Source: an uncultured Hippea sp. (GTDB lineage: Bacteria > Campylobacterota_A > Desulfurellia > JAADFJ01). From it: a stretch of DNA of 54,849 nucleotides. A program made the translations under genes and the position numbers. Below are positions 30,902-39,823 of this stretch, one piece after another. The stretch lies in the NCBI GenBank assembly GCA_913009315.1, contig CAJVZA010000003.1, forward strand, positions 1 through 54,849, written 5' to 3'. The notes under the pieces are model-generated. The model did not search any database. It was not told where the DNA came from and worked only from the letters and a program-made list of their open reading frames with translations. Every line of letters begins with the position of its first letter. Positions within the stretch are counted from its first letter, which is position 1.

Positions 30902-31964
30902 AGTATCCCGACATCACTATGTCTTTGCCGATCTTTCTGCACTCTGTTTTTTTCAGGATTATCGCATTTTTCATAAAATCGACACCTTTTCCCTGAAAAA
31001 GAGGAATACCGCTTCCTCCCAGAAATTTTGGAGCTATGAAAATAAAGGCTTTATCGTACAGATGTTTTTCTAAAAATGATTTATGAATAAGCGATCCGCC
31101 TTCTACGAAAATACTCATAATTCCCATCTCAAAAATTGTGCCTAAAACCTGCTTAATGTCAAGCATACCTTTGTTGCTATTGACCTTTTTTATAATAATT
31201 TTCTTATCTATAGATTTATGTTTTGCGTCATCTGTCTCGTTGTCACAAAATATCACCAGATTATCGGGCTGCGATAAGAGATTCGGATAATCCAGAGATA
31301 GTTTGCCATCAAGTATAATACGATAAAATTTCCCTGCCTTTTTATATGGCATAAGTACAGGGTTATCGCTTTTTGCCGTTTTTGCTCCTATTAGTATCGA
31401 GTCATATCTTGCCCGCAGTCTTTTTGAGTATCTTCTTGAAATGTGTCCCGATATCCAGCCGCTGTCGCCTGCGGTCGTTGCGATTTGTCCATCCAGAGTT
31501 ACGGCAGCTTTCATAACAACAAACGGACGCTTTCTATTTACATTAGTTATGAATACTTCATTAATTTTTCTTGCTGCTTGTCTGCATACTCCAACCTTTA
31601 CCGTTATTCCCGATTGTCTTAGTCGTTTTATGCCTCCCGCCGCAGCCGGATTCGGATCTTCCGTCGCAATAATAACGGTTTTGATGCCGCTGTTTATTAT
31701 AGCAGATGTGCATGGAGGCGTTCTGCCGTAGTGATCGCAAGGCTCAAGCGTAATATACATTTCCGCACCATCTGCATCAATTCCGGCAATTTTGAGCGCC
31801 TCAATTTCTGCATGAGCCTCTCCCGCCTTATGATGATACCCCGCGGCAATCAGACGATTATTTTTAACGATGGCTGCTCCCACCGCAGGATTCGGAGATG
31901 TTGATCCTATCGCTTTTGCAGCCTGCCTTAGAGCAATCCTCATCCAGTATTCATCTTTATGCAT
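30891..31964 (-). CDS. ribD: Bifunctional pyrimidine deaminase/reductase RibD
   Basis: SPNP.VGA, HAE and TLEPC.H.GRTPPC motifs plus a reductase domain. Confidence 0.96.
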   Translation of the reverse strand: MHKDEYWMRIALRQAAKAIGSTSPNPAVGAAIVKNNRLIAAGYHHKAGEAHAEIEALKIAGIDADGAEMYITLEPCDHYGRTPPCTSAIINSGIKTVIIATEDPNPAAAGGIKRLRQSGITVKVGVCRQAARKINEVFITNVNRKRPFVVMKAAVTLDGQIATTAGDSGWISGHISRRYSKRLRARYDSILIGAKTAKSDNPVLMPYKKAGKFYRIILDGKLSLDYPNLLSQPDNLVIFCDNETDDAKHKSIDKKIIIKKVNSNKGMLDIKQVLGTIFEMGIMSIFVEGGSLIHKSFLEKHLYDKAFIFIAPKFLGGSGIPLFQGKGVDFMKNAIILKKTECRKIGKDIVMSGYFDV

Positions 31965-32037
31965 CGTTTAGTTTTTTCGTAATTTAAATAACATTGTATT
32001 ATCAGCCATGCCTTCCTTCATAAAGTCGATTTTCCAG

Positions 32038-32892
32038 TTACCTGTTTATGCATCTTTTTACGGTATCTTTTAACGCATCATCTTTTAACGCAAAATCAAT
32101 CGTTGCTTCGAGCATGCCCGGCTTGCTCCCGCAGTCGTATCTTTTTCCGGAGAATTTAAAGCCGTAAACAGGTTCGTTTTGCGCCATAAGATTTATCGCA
32201 TCCGTAAGCTGTATTTCGTCGCCTTTGTCGGGGTTTGTCTGTTTCAGATATCCGAATATTGATTCTGAAAGTATGTATCTTCCAACTACGGCCAGATCTG
32301 ATGGTGCGTTTTCCGGATCAGGCTTCTCAACGAGTCGTTTAATTTTATATATTGTGCCGTCTTGAGATTCCGCTTCAATTATGCCGTATTTGCTGATATC
32401 TGTTTTATCTACCTTCATTATCGCCACTACTGATCCGCCGGTTTTATTATAGACATCCATCATCTGTTTTAGTACGGGAATCGCCGAATCTATAATATCA
32501 TCAGTCAGCACTACTGCAAAAGGCTCTTCTATGACCGGTTCAGCCCGCAGAATCGCGTGTCCCAGTCCAAGCGGATTCTTTTGACGAATATAGATATATG
32601 TTGCGCGGTCCGAAAGCCGGTTGGAATCTGCTATAAGATTTTCCTTTCCCTTAAATCTTAAAAGCGACTCTAATTCGTAGGAATGATCGAAGTAGTCCGC
32701 TACAGCTCTTTTTCCCCTTCCCGTGATGAGAATCATTTTGTCTATTCCGCTTTTGATCGCTTCCTCAACTCCATAATGTATAAGCGGTTTATCTATGAGA
32801 GTCAGCATCTCTTTCGGTACGGATTTTGTAGCAGGCAGAAAACGGGTCCCAAATCCACCCACCGGAAAAACAGCTTTAGTTATCGGTTTCAT
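32038..32892 (-). CDS. galU: UTP--glucose-1-phosphate uridylyltransferase
   Basis: G.GTRFLPATK..PKEML, LGLGHA, VEKP and EIQLTDA motifs. Confidence 0.96.
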   Translation of the reverse strand: MKPITKAVFPVGGFGTRFLPATKSVPKEMLTLIDKPLIHYGVEEAIKSGIDKMILITGRGKRAVADYFDHSYELESLLRFKGKENLIADSNRLSDRATYIYIRQKNPLGLGHAILRAEPVIEEPFAVVLTDDIIDSAIPVLKQMMDVYNKTGGSVVAIMKVDKTDISKYGIIEAESQDGTIYKIKRLVEKPDPENAPSDLAVVGRYILSESIFGYLKQTNPDKGDEIQLTDAINLMAQNEPVYGFKFSGKRYDCGSKPGMLEATIDFALKDDALKDTVKRCINR

Positions 32893-33130
32893 CGTTCCTC
32901 CTTGGAATTAATTTTATCTATATTCTGCTTGCTGCTATGATTACATTAAGTATGGCTGTCTTCGTATAACTTATCCTGAACCCCGAATTTATCTTGTGCG
33001 TTACAAATTCCGGCAATACAATTATTGCCTGCAGCTTGCGCTTTATCGGCGGATTTGGATTTTCAATTTGAAACGCCCGAAATAGGTATTCATAATATAT
33101 CTAAAAAACCGCTGCTAATAAATTTAAATT

Positions 33131-34111
33131 TCAGGATATTTTTCCCTCTTCGGCAATCTCTTTGGCAAAATATGTAATAATCAGGTCAGCACCGGCTCTT
33201 TTTATCGATATCAACGATTCGTCTCTTACCGCCTTTTCATCAATATATCCAGCTTTGGCGGCGGCTTTAATCATCGAATATTCACCCGAAACATTATAGG
33301 CGGCAAGAGGAAGGTTAAAATTTTCCTTTATCCTGTGAATTATATCGAGATAGCTCAAAGCCGGTTTGACCATTATCATGTCTGCTCCCTCTTCTACATC
33401 AAGAGCAACTTCCCGCAATGCTTCATCTGAGTTTGCAGGATCCATCTGATAGCTTTTTCTATCTCCGAATTGAGGTGCAGATTCGACTGCGTCTCTAAAA
33501 GGACCATAGAATGCGGAAGCATATTTTGCCGAATATGAAAGAATTATAGTGTTCTGGAATCCCGATTGATCTAAAGTTTTTCTGATGGCTCCGACCATTC
33601 CGTCAATCATGCCCGAAGGCGCAACCATATCTGCGCCGGCTTTCGCATAGCTTATTGCTTCTTTCCCGAGGTTAATAAGCGTAGGTTTGTCCAGCAACTC
33701 ACCATTTCCGGATATAACTCCGCAATGCCCATGGGTCGTATATTCGCAGAAACAAGCATCGGCTACAACGGCAATATCAGGGTATTTTTCCTTAATTTTT
33801 CTTATGGTTTGCTGAACCAGTCCGTTATCATTCCACGCTTCGCTGCCGATATCATCTTTTTTTTCAGGGATTCCGAAGATCAGCAGAGCTCTGATTCCCG
33901 CCTCATAACTTTGTTTGACCTCATCCATTATCCTGTCTACGGAAAATTGATATATGCCGGGCATTGAATTAATTGGATTCTTAACAGATTTTCCCGGCTT
34001 TACAAATATGGGATAGATCAAATTCTCCAATCTCAGGCGGGTTTCTCTTGTCATATTTCTTATTGTATCGTTTTTTCTTAATCTTCTTAAGCGGACATAT
34101 GGAAATGACAT
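33131..34111 (-). CDS. hemB: Porphobilinogen synthase (Zn-type)
   Basis: [29 protein letters not shown] and AYNVSGEY motifs. Confidence 0.97.
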   Translation of the reverse strand: MSFPYVRLRRLRKNDTIRNMTRETRLRLENLIYPIFVKPGKSVKNPINSMPGIYQFSVDRIMDEVKQSYEAGIRALLIFGIPEKKDDIGSEAWNDNGLVQQTIRKIKEKYPDIAVVADACFCEYTTHGHCGVISGNGELLDKPTLINLGKEAISYAKAGADMVAPSGMIDGMVGAIRKTLDQSGFQNTIILSYSAKYASAFYGPFRDAVESAPQFGDRKSYQMDPANSDEALREVALDVEEGADMIMVKPALSYLDIIHRIKENFNLPLAAYNVSGEYSMIKAAAKAGYIDEKAVRDESLISIKRAGADLIITYFAKEIAEEGKIS

Positions 34112-34309
34112 TGATTTGCCTCCGGATTATGGTTTTTGCATCAAATGCGCTTTTATTATATACTTAAACATAATGATATCAAATGATATTTTAGGTAGGG
34201 CGTGCGCTTATTGTGCAATGGTATCATTATGTTGGGTAACACTGCATATACACAATGTTGGTCGGTACCTTGCGGATTTTGGACAAATAAACCGTAAGTT
34301 CTTTTCAAT

Positions 34310-34588
34310 CTACCTGTAACTCTGTTTCCGGTGCTCTGCAACGATCATAAAAACGGTCTTCTCTTTTTCATCAATCTGGTAAAAAAACCTGTAGTTTCCG
34401 ATGCGGTATCTCCATGTGTGTGGGGTAAAATCCCTCAGCTTCTTGATATTGGGGCCAAAGCTGGGATTTTCTTTGAGTTGCGGATATACATAATACCTCA
34501 GCTTTTTAAGGATCTTTTTCTGGTGCCCTTCAAAATCGGTGTCTATATCTTTAGTAAAGCCTTCCGTTTCAAAAATTCGGTAATTCAC
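34310..34588 (-). CDS. RelE/ParE-family toxin
   Basis: 92 aa basic protein with IKKL and WRYRIGNYR.FY; overlaps the antitoxin stop. Confidence 0.85.
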   Translation of the reverse strand: MNYRIFETEGFTKDIDTDFEGHQKKILKKLRYYVYPQLKENPSFGPNIKKLRDFTPHTWRYRIGNYRFFYQIDEKEKTVFMIVAEHRKQSYR

Positions 34589-34827
34589 TCAACAAAACGC
34601 CCTTTTATCTCTTTTGCTTCCGCTGTTCCTCTTTTGAGCCTTTGTGTCAATACAGGATTTGCAAGAATATCTTCCATCTCAATGCGGTCAACAAAGATCT
34701 CCTCTTCCAGTTTTCTTAGGGCCAGGGTTTCGATGAGATTGGAAATGGGACGCCTTTCTGCTCCTGCAGCAGCCAGAAACTTCCGGTATGTTTCATCGGA
34801 GAGCCTCAGGGTAATCGTTTTGGGCAT
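34585..34827 (-). CDS. CopG/ribbon-helix-helix antitoxin
   Basis: MPKTITLRLSDETY...A....R.ISNLIE RHH pattern. AGGAGG RBS supports ATG 34827 rather than 34911. Confidence 0.82.
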   Translation of the reverse strand: MPKTITLRLSDETYRKFLAAAGAERRPISNLIETLALRKLEEEIFVDRIEMEDILANPVLTQRLKRGTAEAKEIKGRFVE

Positions 34828-34974
34828 GGCAGAACCTCCTATTCGTTTTAACTTAATTATATTCTTTTTCGTTCTAAATGCAACCTGCAGAACGCCATCG
34901 GGATCTATCATCTAAAATACGATGACAAACCCCGACAATTTTTCTTATACACAAAAGCCAAAAGTCGAAAAAAG

Positions 34975-34996
34975 TAAAAAGTAAAGCTCTGACCCC
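34975..34996 (-). repeat. GGGGTC-type REP variant
   Basis: Plus strand ...AAAGTAAAGCTCTGACCCC, i.e. GGGGTCAGAGCTTTACTTT on the minus strand. Confidence 0.5.
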
Positions 34997-35038
34997 GCTA
35001 CCTGATTCAATTATGGATTCAAGAGGTAATTCGTATGC

Positions 35039-35081
35039 TTGACAAAACAGTAATCTTTACTATAATTTATAGTAAAGATTA
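35039..35081 (+). promoter_or_regulatory. vapBC promoter with perfect operator palindrome
   Basis: TTGACA-N16-TATAAT; TAATCTTTACTATAA-T-TTATAGTAAAGATTA (35051-35081) covers the -10. Confidence 0.85.
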
Positions 35082-35097
35082 TTAAAGGAGGCTTAAT

Positions 35098-35352
35098 ATG
35101 CCTAAAGTTGCGACAAAGCTTAGAATATCGAAAAAAGGCCAAATAAGTATTCCAAAGCGTGTACGAGAGAAATTAGGCATAGTTCCGGGAGATATGGTTG
35201 CCTTTGAACAAGTAGATGAAGGGTTTATCTTAAAAAAGAAGAAAACCGTATTTGATTATATAGGATGTATCCGGCCTAAGAAGGAGATAGACATCAAAGA
35301 GCTCATAGAAAAGGCAAGAAAGGAATCGGGAGCCAAAAGATCTCTGCTATAG
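35098..35352 (+). CDS. AbrB/MazE-type antitoxin (VapB)
   Basis: RISKKGQISIPKRVREKLGI.PGD AbrB motif. Confidence 0.88.
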   Translation: MPKVATKLRISKKGQISIPKRVREKLGIVPGDMVAFEQVDEGFILKKKKTVFDYIGCIRPKKEIDIKELIEKARKESGAKRSLL

Positions 35353-35756
35353 TGTTAGATACAAATTTTATATTATCTTTATTCATACAACGGCAATATA
35401 CAGATAGGGCAAAGGAGCTGCTGAATAAATTTATAGCAAACAAAAACAGGATTTTTGTGCCGCAGCAGGCTATTGCAGAAACCGTGTATGTGCTGGAAAA
35501 CATTCATAAAGCAGATAGCTCAATCGGAAAATTGTCAAAAAGGGAAATTAAGGAGATGTTAGAAAGCCTGATAGATACTCCAAAAATTAAAATAGAAAAA
35601 GAGATCCCGACAAGAGAGGCGTTGGATCTTTATCATCAATTGAATATCAGCTTTGGAGATTGCCTAATATACACAACGGCAAAGCAAAATCACATCAGTT
35701 CAATAGCCACCTTTGATGCGGATTTTGATAGATTGGATATAGAAATTGTGCATTAA
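35352..35756 (+). CDS. PIN-domain toxin (VapC)
   Basis: LDTN, AETVYVL, SFGDCLI and TFDADF acidic PIN residues. Confidence 0.88.
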   Translation: MLDTNFILSLFIQRQYTDRAKELLNKFIANKNRIFVPQQAIAETVYVLENIHKADSSIGKLSKREIKEMLESLIDTPKIKIEKEIPTREALDLYHQLNISFGDCLIYTTAKQNHISSIATFDADFDRLDIEIVH

Positions 35757-35945
35757 CTGTCTCCATATTTGACATAGCTCCCTCCTTTTTTTGATTTGAA
35801 CTTATAATTTTATCCGTATCAGCTAAAACCGGCAGGCTTATTTCTCTGTCGTTGATTAAAAATAAAGGTATCTCTAAAAGTTCTATGCGGATCTACAGAA
35901 GACAGATATTAGAAGTGATATTTGATGAGCTGTTTTTTGAAGACT

Positions 35946-36116
35946 TTATGTATAGTTATTTTTCCAAACAATACCGGAACGAACGGTCGGAATACCGCAC
36001 TCAAAATCAATATCCTTGACCTTGAGTGTGAGGCATTCCTGCAATTTTGGTCCGCCTCTGTAAAATCCGCAAACCGTCTCAACCATGCAGGATAAAATAA
36101 CAGCATTTTCAACCAT
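35946..36116 (-). pseudogene. intI: Integron integrase (IntI) remnant
   Basis: One frame gives FYRGGPKLQECLTLKVKDIDFECGIPTVRSG, matching the IntI box I region (YG.GLR..ECL.LRVKDIDF....I.VR.G) with the catalytic Arg lost. An overlapping frame gives Y.AWLRRFADF, like the IntI SAM domain. Divergent from the cassettes. Confidence 0.72.
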
Positions 36117-36134
36117 TTTGTTTCAATTATTCGC

Positions 36135-36164
36135 TTGACCTTTTAAACGAGAGGAAGGTATAAT
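36135..36164 (+). promoter_or_regulatory. Putative Pc cassette promoter
   Basis: TTGACC-N18-TATAAT between the intI remnant and the attI-like site. Confidence 0.6.
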
Positions 36165-36191
36165 GAAATGCTTTGGTAAAAAAGCGGCAGG

Positions 36192-36214
36192 CCGGATAAT
36201 ATATGATGTTATAC
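36192..36214 (+). other. attI-like recombination site
   Basis: CCGGATAAT-ATATGAT-GTTATAC. The core GTTATAC is the exact complement of the cassette's R'' GTATAAC. Confidence 0.7.
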
Positions 36215-36231
36215 CAATAAGGAGAATGTAA

Positions 36232-36813
36232 ATGGCAGATAATTCAACAACGGCGATACTTGTTGTCGAATTTCAAAAGACCTGGACGGAAAGAAGTTTT
36301 TTTCATGGGCTAATAAAGAAAGAATATGAATTAAAAAATGTATACCAAAATACGAAACAATTATTGGAAGTTGCTAGAAAAAATGGTCTTAAGATAATAC
36401 AGTCGCCTTTCATACTGGATAAAAATGACAAAGAAAGATATAAAAAAATCCCCTTTCTTCCAAAACTGTTTGGTCAATTTACTGCAAATACATGGAGGGC
36501 AGAATATACAGAAGGCATATTTGATAAATCTGACATTGAAGTAAAAGGAAGGACGGGATTTGATAATACTAAAGGTAGCAACCTTCAAAACATACTCAAA
36601 GAAAATAAAATTGAGAAAATATATTTTATAGGTTTTACGACCGACCACTGTGTGGCTGAAACTATGGATACGCTTTTGTCTAATGGGTATGGATGCATAT
36701 TAGTATCTGACTGTACGGCTACAAGAAATAGCAAATTACAGCAGAAAATTGAAAACAAGTACTTGTCTATTGAGAGTAAACAAATTATAGAAAAAATTGC
36801 AAATTTGGTATAA
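36232..36813 (+). CDS. Isochorismatase/cysteine hydrolase family protein (integron cassette gene)
   Basis: LVVEFQ and GF.TDHCV.ET....L..GY...LVSDCTA motifs; AT-rich; stop codon lies inside the attC R''. Confidence 0.85.
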   Translation: MADNSTTAILVVEFQKTWTERSFFHGLIKKEYELKNVYQNTKQLLEVARKNGLKIIQSPFILDKNDKERYKKIPFLPKLFGQFTANTWRAEYTEGIFDKSDIEVKGRTGFDNTKGSNLQNILKENKIEKIYFIGFTTDHCVAETMDTLLSNGYGCILVSDCTATRNSKLQQKIENKYLSIESKQIIEKIANLV

Positions 36814-36879
36814 CAAGGCGCTGCACCTGACCGCCATTTCGCTACGCTCCATAGCGGCAGGTGAGCTTGGATGTTAGCG
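36808..36879 (+). other. attC site (72 bp)
   Basis: R'' GTATAAC, 5-bp spacer, L'' GCT(G)CACC, then TG(A)CCGC...GCGGCA, L' GGTGAGC, 6-bp spacer, R' GTTAGCG. Two extrahelical bases in canonical positions. Confidence 0.93.
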
Positions 36880-36916
36880 TAATGAGCTCATCTATCATTA
36901 TGGAGGTAAGAAAACT

Positions 36917-37882
36917 ATGGAAGAAAAACGCTATTGGGCAAGTAGTACTGATAAGGAAAATAGAGAACCTCTGTTTTCAGAATTACAAAACGGAAAAATT
37001 ACAAGACTAAATTCAGATTTTATCAGCGAGGGGACACGTTGTGCGGGATGGTTATACCGCCCCGTGGGCGCCGCAGAAACACCTATCGTTATTATGGGAC
37101 ACGGATTCGCGGCAGAGAGAACCTTTCGACTGCCGGCTTTTGCAGAGGCGTTTGCTAAAAAAGGCCTGTCGGTTTTTCTCTTTGATTACAGAAACTTTGG
37201 CGACAGTGACGGAGAACCACGGAACCTGGTCAATCCATTTCGTCATGTGGCGGATTGGAAATCTGCTATTGCTCATGTGCGTACGCTTCCGGGAATCAGC
37301 AAGATTGCACTCTGGGGGTCTTCATTCGGAGGCGGCCATGTCATCGTTGCAGCCTCGAAGGATCCCGAAATTGCGGCCATCATCGCCCAGGTGCCGTTTG
37401 TAGATAGTTTATCAACGGTATCCATGATCGGTTTCAAAAACACGTTAAAAGGATATATTGCCGGGTCCAGGGATGTCTTTCGAATGATCACCTTCCGTTC
37501 CCCCTATTTCATTCCTGTTGTGGCGGAACCGGATACCTATGCCGCTATGAACACGCCGGAGTCCAAAGCGGGTTACATGGCACTTATACCGGACGGTTCT
37601 TCGTGGGAAAACAAATGCCCTGCCAGGGTTATCTTTACGATGTCCGCATATCGGCCGATTTCTTATGCAAAGCATGTAAAATGTCCGGCATTGATTTTGA
37701 TGGCTGAACAGGATTCGTTAATCAAGCCCGAAGCTGTTGAAAAAACCGCCTCCCGGATCGAAAATGCTACCTTAGTTCGGTTGCCCTACAATCACTTTTC
37801 GGTGTATCGTGGAGAAGCATTTGATCATGTGTTGAAAATCGAGACTGATTTTCTCATGCAGCATTTGCTGGATTCTGTTTAA
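36917..37882 (+). CDS. Alpha/beta hydrolase (S15/AidA-like)
   Basis: M.HGF, FDYRNFGDSDGEPR, nucleophile WGSSFGGGH, D (EQDS) and H (YNHF). Confidence 0.88.
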   Translation: MEEKRYWASSTDKENREPLFSELQNGKITRLNSDFISEGTRCAGWLYRPVGAAETPIVIMGHGFAAERTFRLPAFAEAFAKKGLSVFLFDYRNFGDSDGEPRNLVNPFRHVADWKSAIAHVRTLPGISKIALWGSSFGGGHVIVAASKDPEIAAIIAQVPFVDSLSTVSMIGFKNTLKGYIAGSRDVFRMITFRSPYFIPVVAEPDTYAAMNTPESKAGYMALIPDGSSWENKCPARVIFTMSAYRPISYAKHVKCPALILMAEQDSLIKPEAVEKTASRIENATLVRLPYNHFSVYRGEAFDHVLKIETDFLMQHLLDSV

Positions 37883-37895
37883 CGATTTTTTCAGA

Positions 37896-38015
37896 TATAG
37901 TGAACCCCAAAAACCGGATGCATGGCTAAGCGCATGGTGGAATAGGGTTTAATGCGGTACCTGTCAAAAAAAGGGCACTAAGCCGGACTTTGTACAATTT
38001 TAGGGGTTCACTACA
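37896..38015. mobile_element. MITE derived from an IS3-family element
   Basis: Terminal IRs TATAGTGAACCCCAAAAA and TTTTAGGGGTTCACTACA (TG...CA type, left end mutated); 120 bp, no transposase, no clear TSD. Confidence 0.7.
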
Positions 38016-38256
38016 CTGAGCCGGCGCCGGGTGAAACGACGGAACCGGCGATCAAAGGCACGACTTATAACCAAGACAGGCTGCAACAAAACGTTCAACC
38101 ATGTTTTTCTTTGTGCCTTGGTGGTTCATTTGAGCATGAAGGGGGATGGGTAACGTATTCACCGCTCGACCGTCGCGGCCCCCTTGACTTACAAGAGCAA
38201 TTTTTCTATACTTAATTCCTGAAAAAGCAACTTTTTATTACTAAGGGGGGTGCAGT

Positions 38257-39792
38257 ATGGATCTTGGAACACTGGTCGCACGTAACGCTCGGACAGTGCC
38301 GAACAAAGAAGGCATTATTTACGAAAACAACCGCTATGACTGGAAAACGGTCAACGAAAAAGTCAATACCGTTGCCAACACCTTGATCGGCGCCGGGGTC
38401 AAAAAGGGAGATAAGGTGGCCATGTGGATGTTTAACACGGACATGTTTATTTTTAGCTTTTACGGTATTTTGAAAGCCGGCGGTGTGGCTGTTCCGGTCA
38501 ATTTCCGGCTGGCGCCGCCGGAGGGAGAGTATATCTTCGGCAATTGCGATGCGGCAGCGGTCATTTTCGATGATGCCTTCGAACCGGCGATGCAGGCAAT
38601 GAAACCGCGGTTGAAAAAGGTCAAATATTTTCTTTCCGCCGGCAGCGGGCGGTTTGAAAATTTCGATCCGCTGGCCGATGTTCTGGCCGCCGGAGACATC
38701 AATGAGCCGGGGGTAGCAGTAGACGAATTCGATGAAAGCGAAATTCTCTATACTTCCGGAACCACCGGAAGACCCAAAGGAGCTCTCTTTGCACATCACA
38801 ATCACTTGACTCTGGTTACCACCATGGCCGCGTTGATCGGCCTCCGGTCCACCGACCGGCTGCTGCACGCCGCTCCCCTGTTTCATTCGGCGGAGCTGAA
38901 CCTTTATTTGAACCCGGGCACATATCTGGGATGTACCCAGACGCTGGTCAAAGACTTTGTCCCGGACAAGATTCTGGGCATGATTGATAAGGAGAAAATC
39001 ACCCAGTTTTTCGGTGCGCCGGTGATGTATTCTTTCATGATGAACGTGCCGGATTTTGACAAATATGACCTCTCATCGGTGCGCTATTACGGGTACGGCG
39101 CTGCCCCCATGGCTGCCGAATCGGTCAAGCAAATGATTGATAAATTCAAAACCGACCGCTTTTTCTGTCTTTGCGGATTCACCGAGGCCGGACCCGGTGG
39201 GATCGCCCTGCCCCCTGAAGATCAGCTCCGCAAGGCCGGTGCCGGCGGCAAGTACCTTGTCAACATGGAATCGCGCCTGGTGGATCCGGAAGGTCATACC
39301 GTGACCCAGCCCGGGGTGGTGGGAGAACTGGTCATCAAGGGCGAGACCATCATGCAAGAATATTATAAAAATCCGGCGGCCACCGCCGAAGCCATCAAGA
39401 ACGGATGGGTCCACTCCGGTGATCTGGGTGTCATGGACGAAGAAGGGTATATCACTCTGGTGGACCGCAAAAAGGACATGATCATCACCGGTGGGGAAAA
39501 CGTGTACAGCAAAGAGGTGGAAGATGCCATCTACGAAAACTCCAAAATCTCTGCGGCCGTTATCATCGGTGTGCCCCACCCGGAATGGGGAGAAACGGTA
39601 ATGGCGGTAGTCAGCCTGAAAGAAGGCGAAACTTTAACCATAAAAGAACTGCGCGAATTTTTGAAACCCCGGATTGCCTACTATAAGATTCCCCGACTGC
39701 TGGAAGTTGTGGATGCTTTGCCCATGAATGTTTCCGGCAAAGTGCTCAAATATCAACTGCGGGACAAGTTCAAAGATAAGGCTGCCCTGTAG
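38257..39792 (+). CDS. Long-chain acyl-CoA synthetase (class I adenylate-forming enzyme)
   Basis: YTSGTTGRPKG, GFTE, GW.HSGDLG, VDRKKDMIITGGENVY and LP.NVSGKVLK; visibly more GC-rich than the flanks. Confidence 0.92.
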   Translation: MDLGTLVARNARTVPNKEGIIYENNRYDWKTVNEKVNTVANTLIGAGVKKGDKVAMWMFNTDMFIFSFYGILKAGGVAVPVNFRLAPPEGEYIFGNCDAAAVIFDDAFEPAMQAMKPRLKKVKYFLSAGSGRFENFDPLADVLAAGDINEPGVAVDEFDESEILYTSGTTGRPKGALFAHHNHLTLVTTMAALIGLRSTDRLLHAAPLFHSAELNLYLNPGTYLGCTQTLVKDFVPDKILGMIDKEKITQFFGAPVMYSFMMNVPDFDKYDLSSVRYYGYGAAPMAAESVKQMIDKFKTDRFFCLCGFTEAGPGGIALPPEDQLRKAGAGGKYLVNMESRLVDPEGHTVTQPGVVGELVIKGETIMQEYYKNPAATAEAIKNGWVHSGDLGVMDEEGYITLVDRKKDMIITGGENVYSKEVEDAIYENSKISAAVIIGVPHPEWGETVMAVVSLKEGETLTIKELREFLKPRIAYYKIPRLLEVVDALPMNVSGKVLKYQLRDKFKDKAAL

Positions 39793-39823
39793 CCGCCGCA
39801 TAAAGGCCCGAGTCCCTGGTCAT

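Noticed and set aside
31965-32037. FMN riboswitch upstream of ribD
   Set aside because: Only 73 bp of intergenic DNA and no RFN conserved motifs; none seen upstream of ribBA either.
34160-34240. Chromosomal dif site
   Set aside because: XerD-like TTATGTT cores are present, but no XerC arm lies at the required 6-bp spacing.
37877-37960. attC after the alpha/beta hydrolase (GTTTAAC at the stop)
   Set aside because: No L boxes, stem or R' follow; the nearby inverted repeats belong to the IS3-type MITE.
38212-39579. Long antisense ORFs (38212-38886, 39073-39579; likewise 50088-50768, 5230-5829, 6337-6864, 34331-34915)
   Set aside because: Shadow frames of well-supported genes, with no motifs or RBS.
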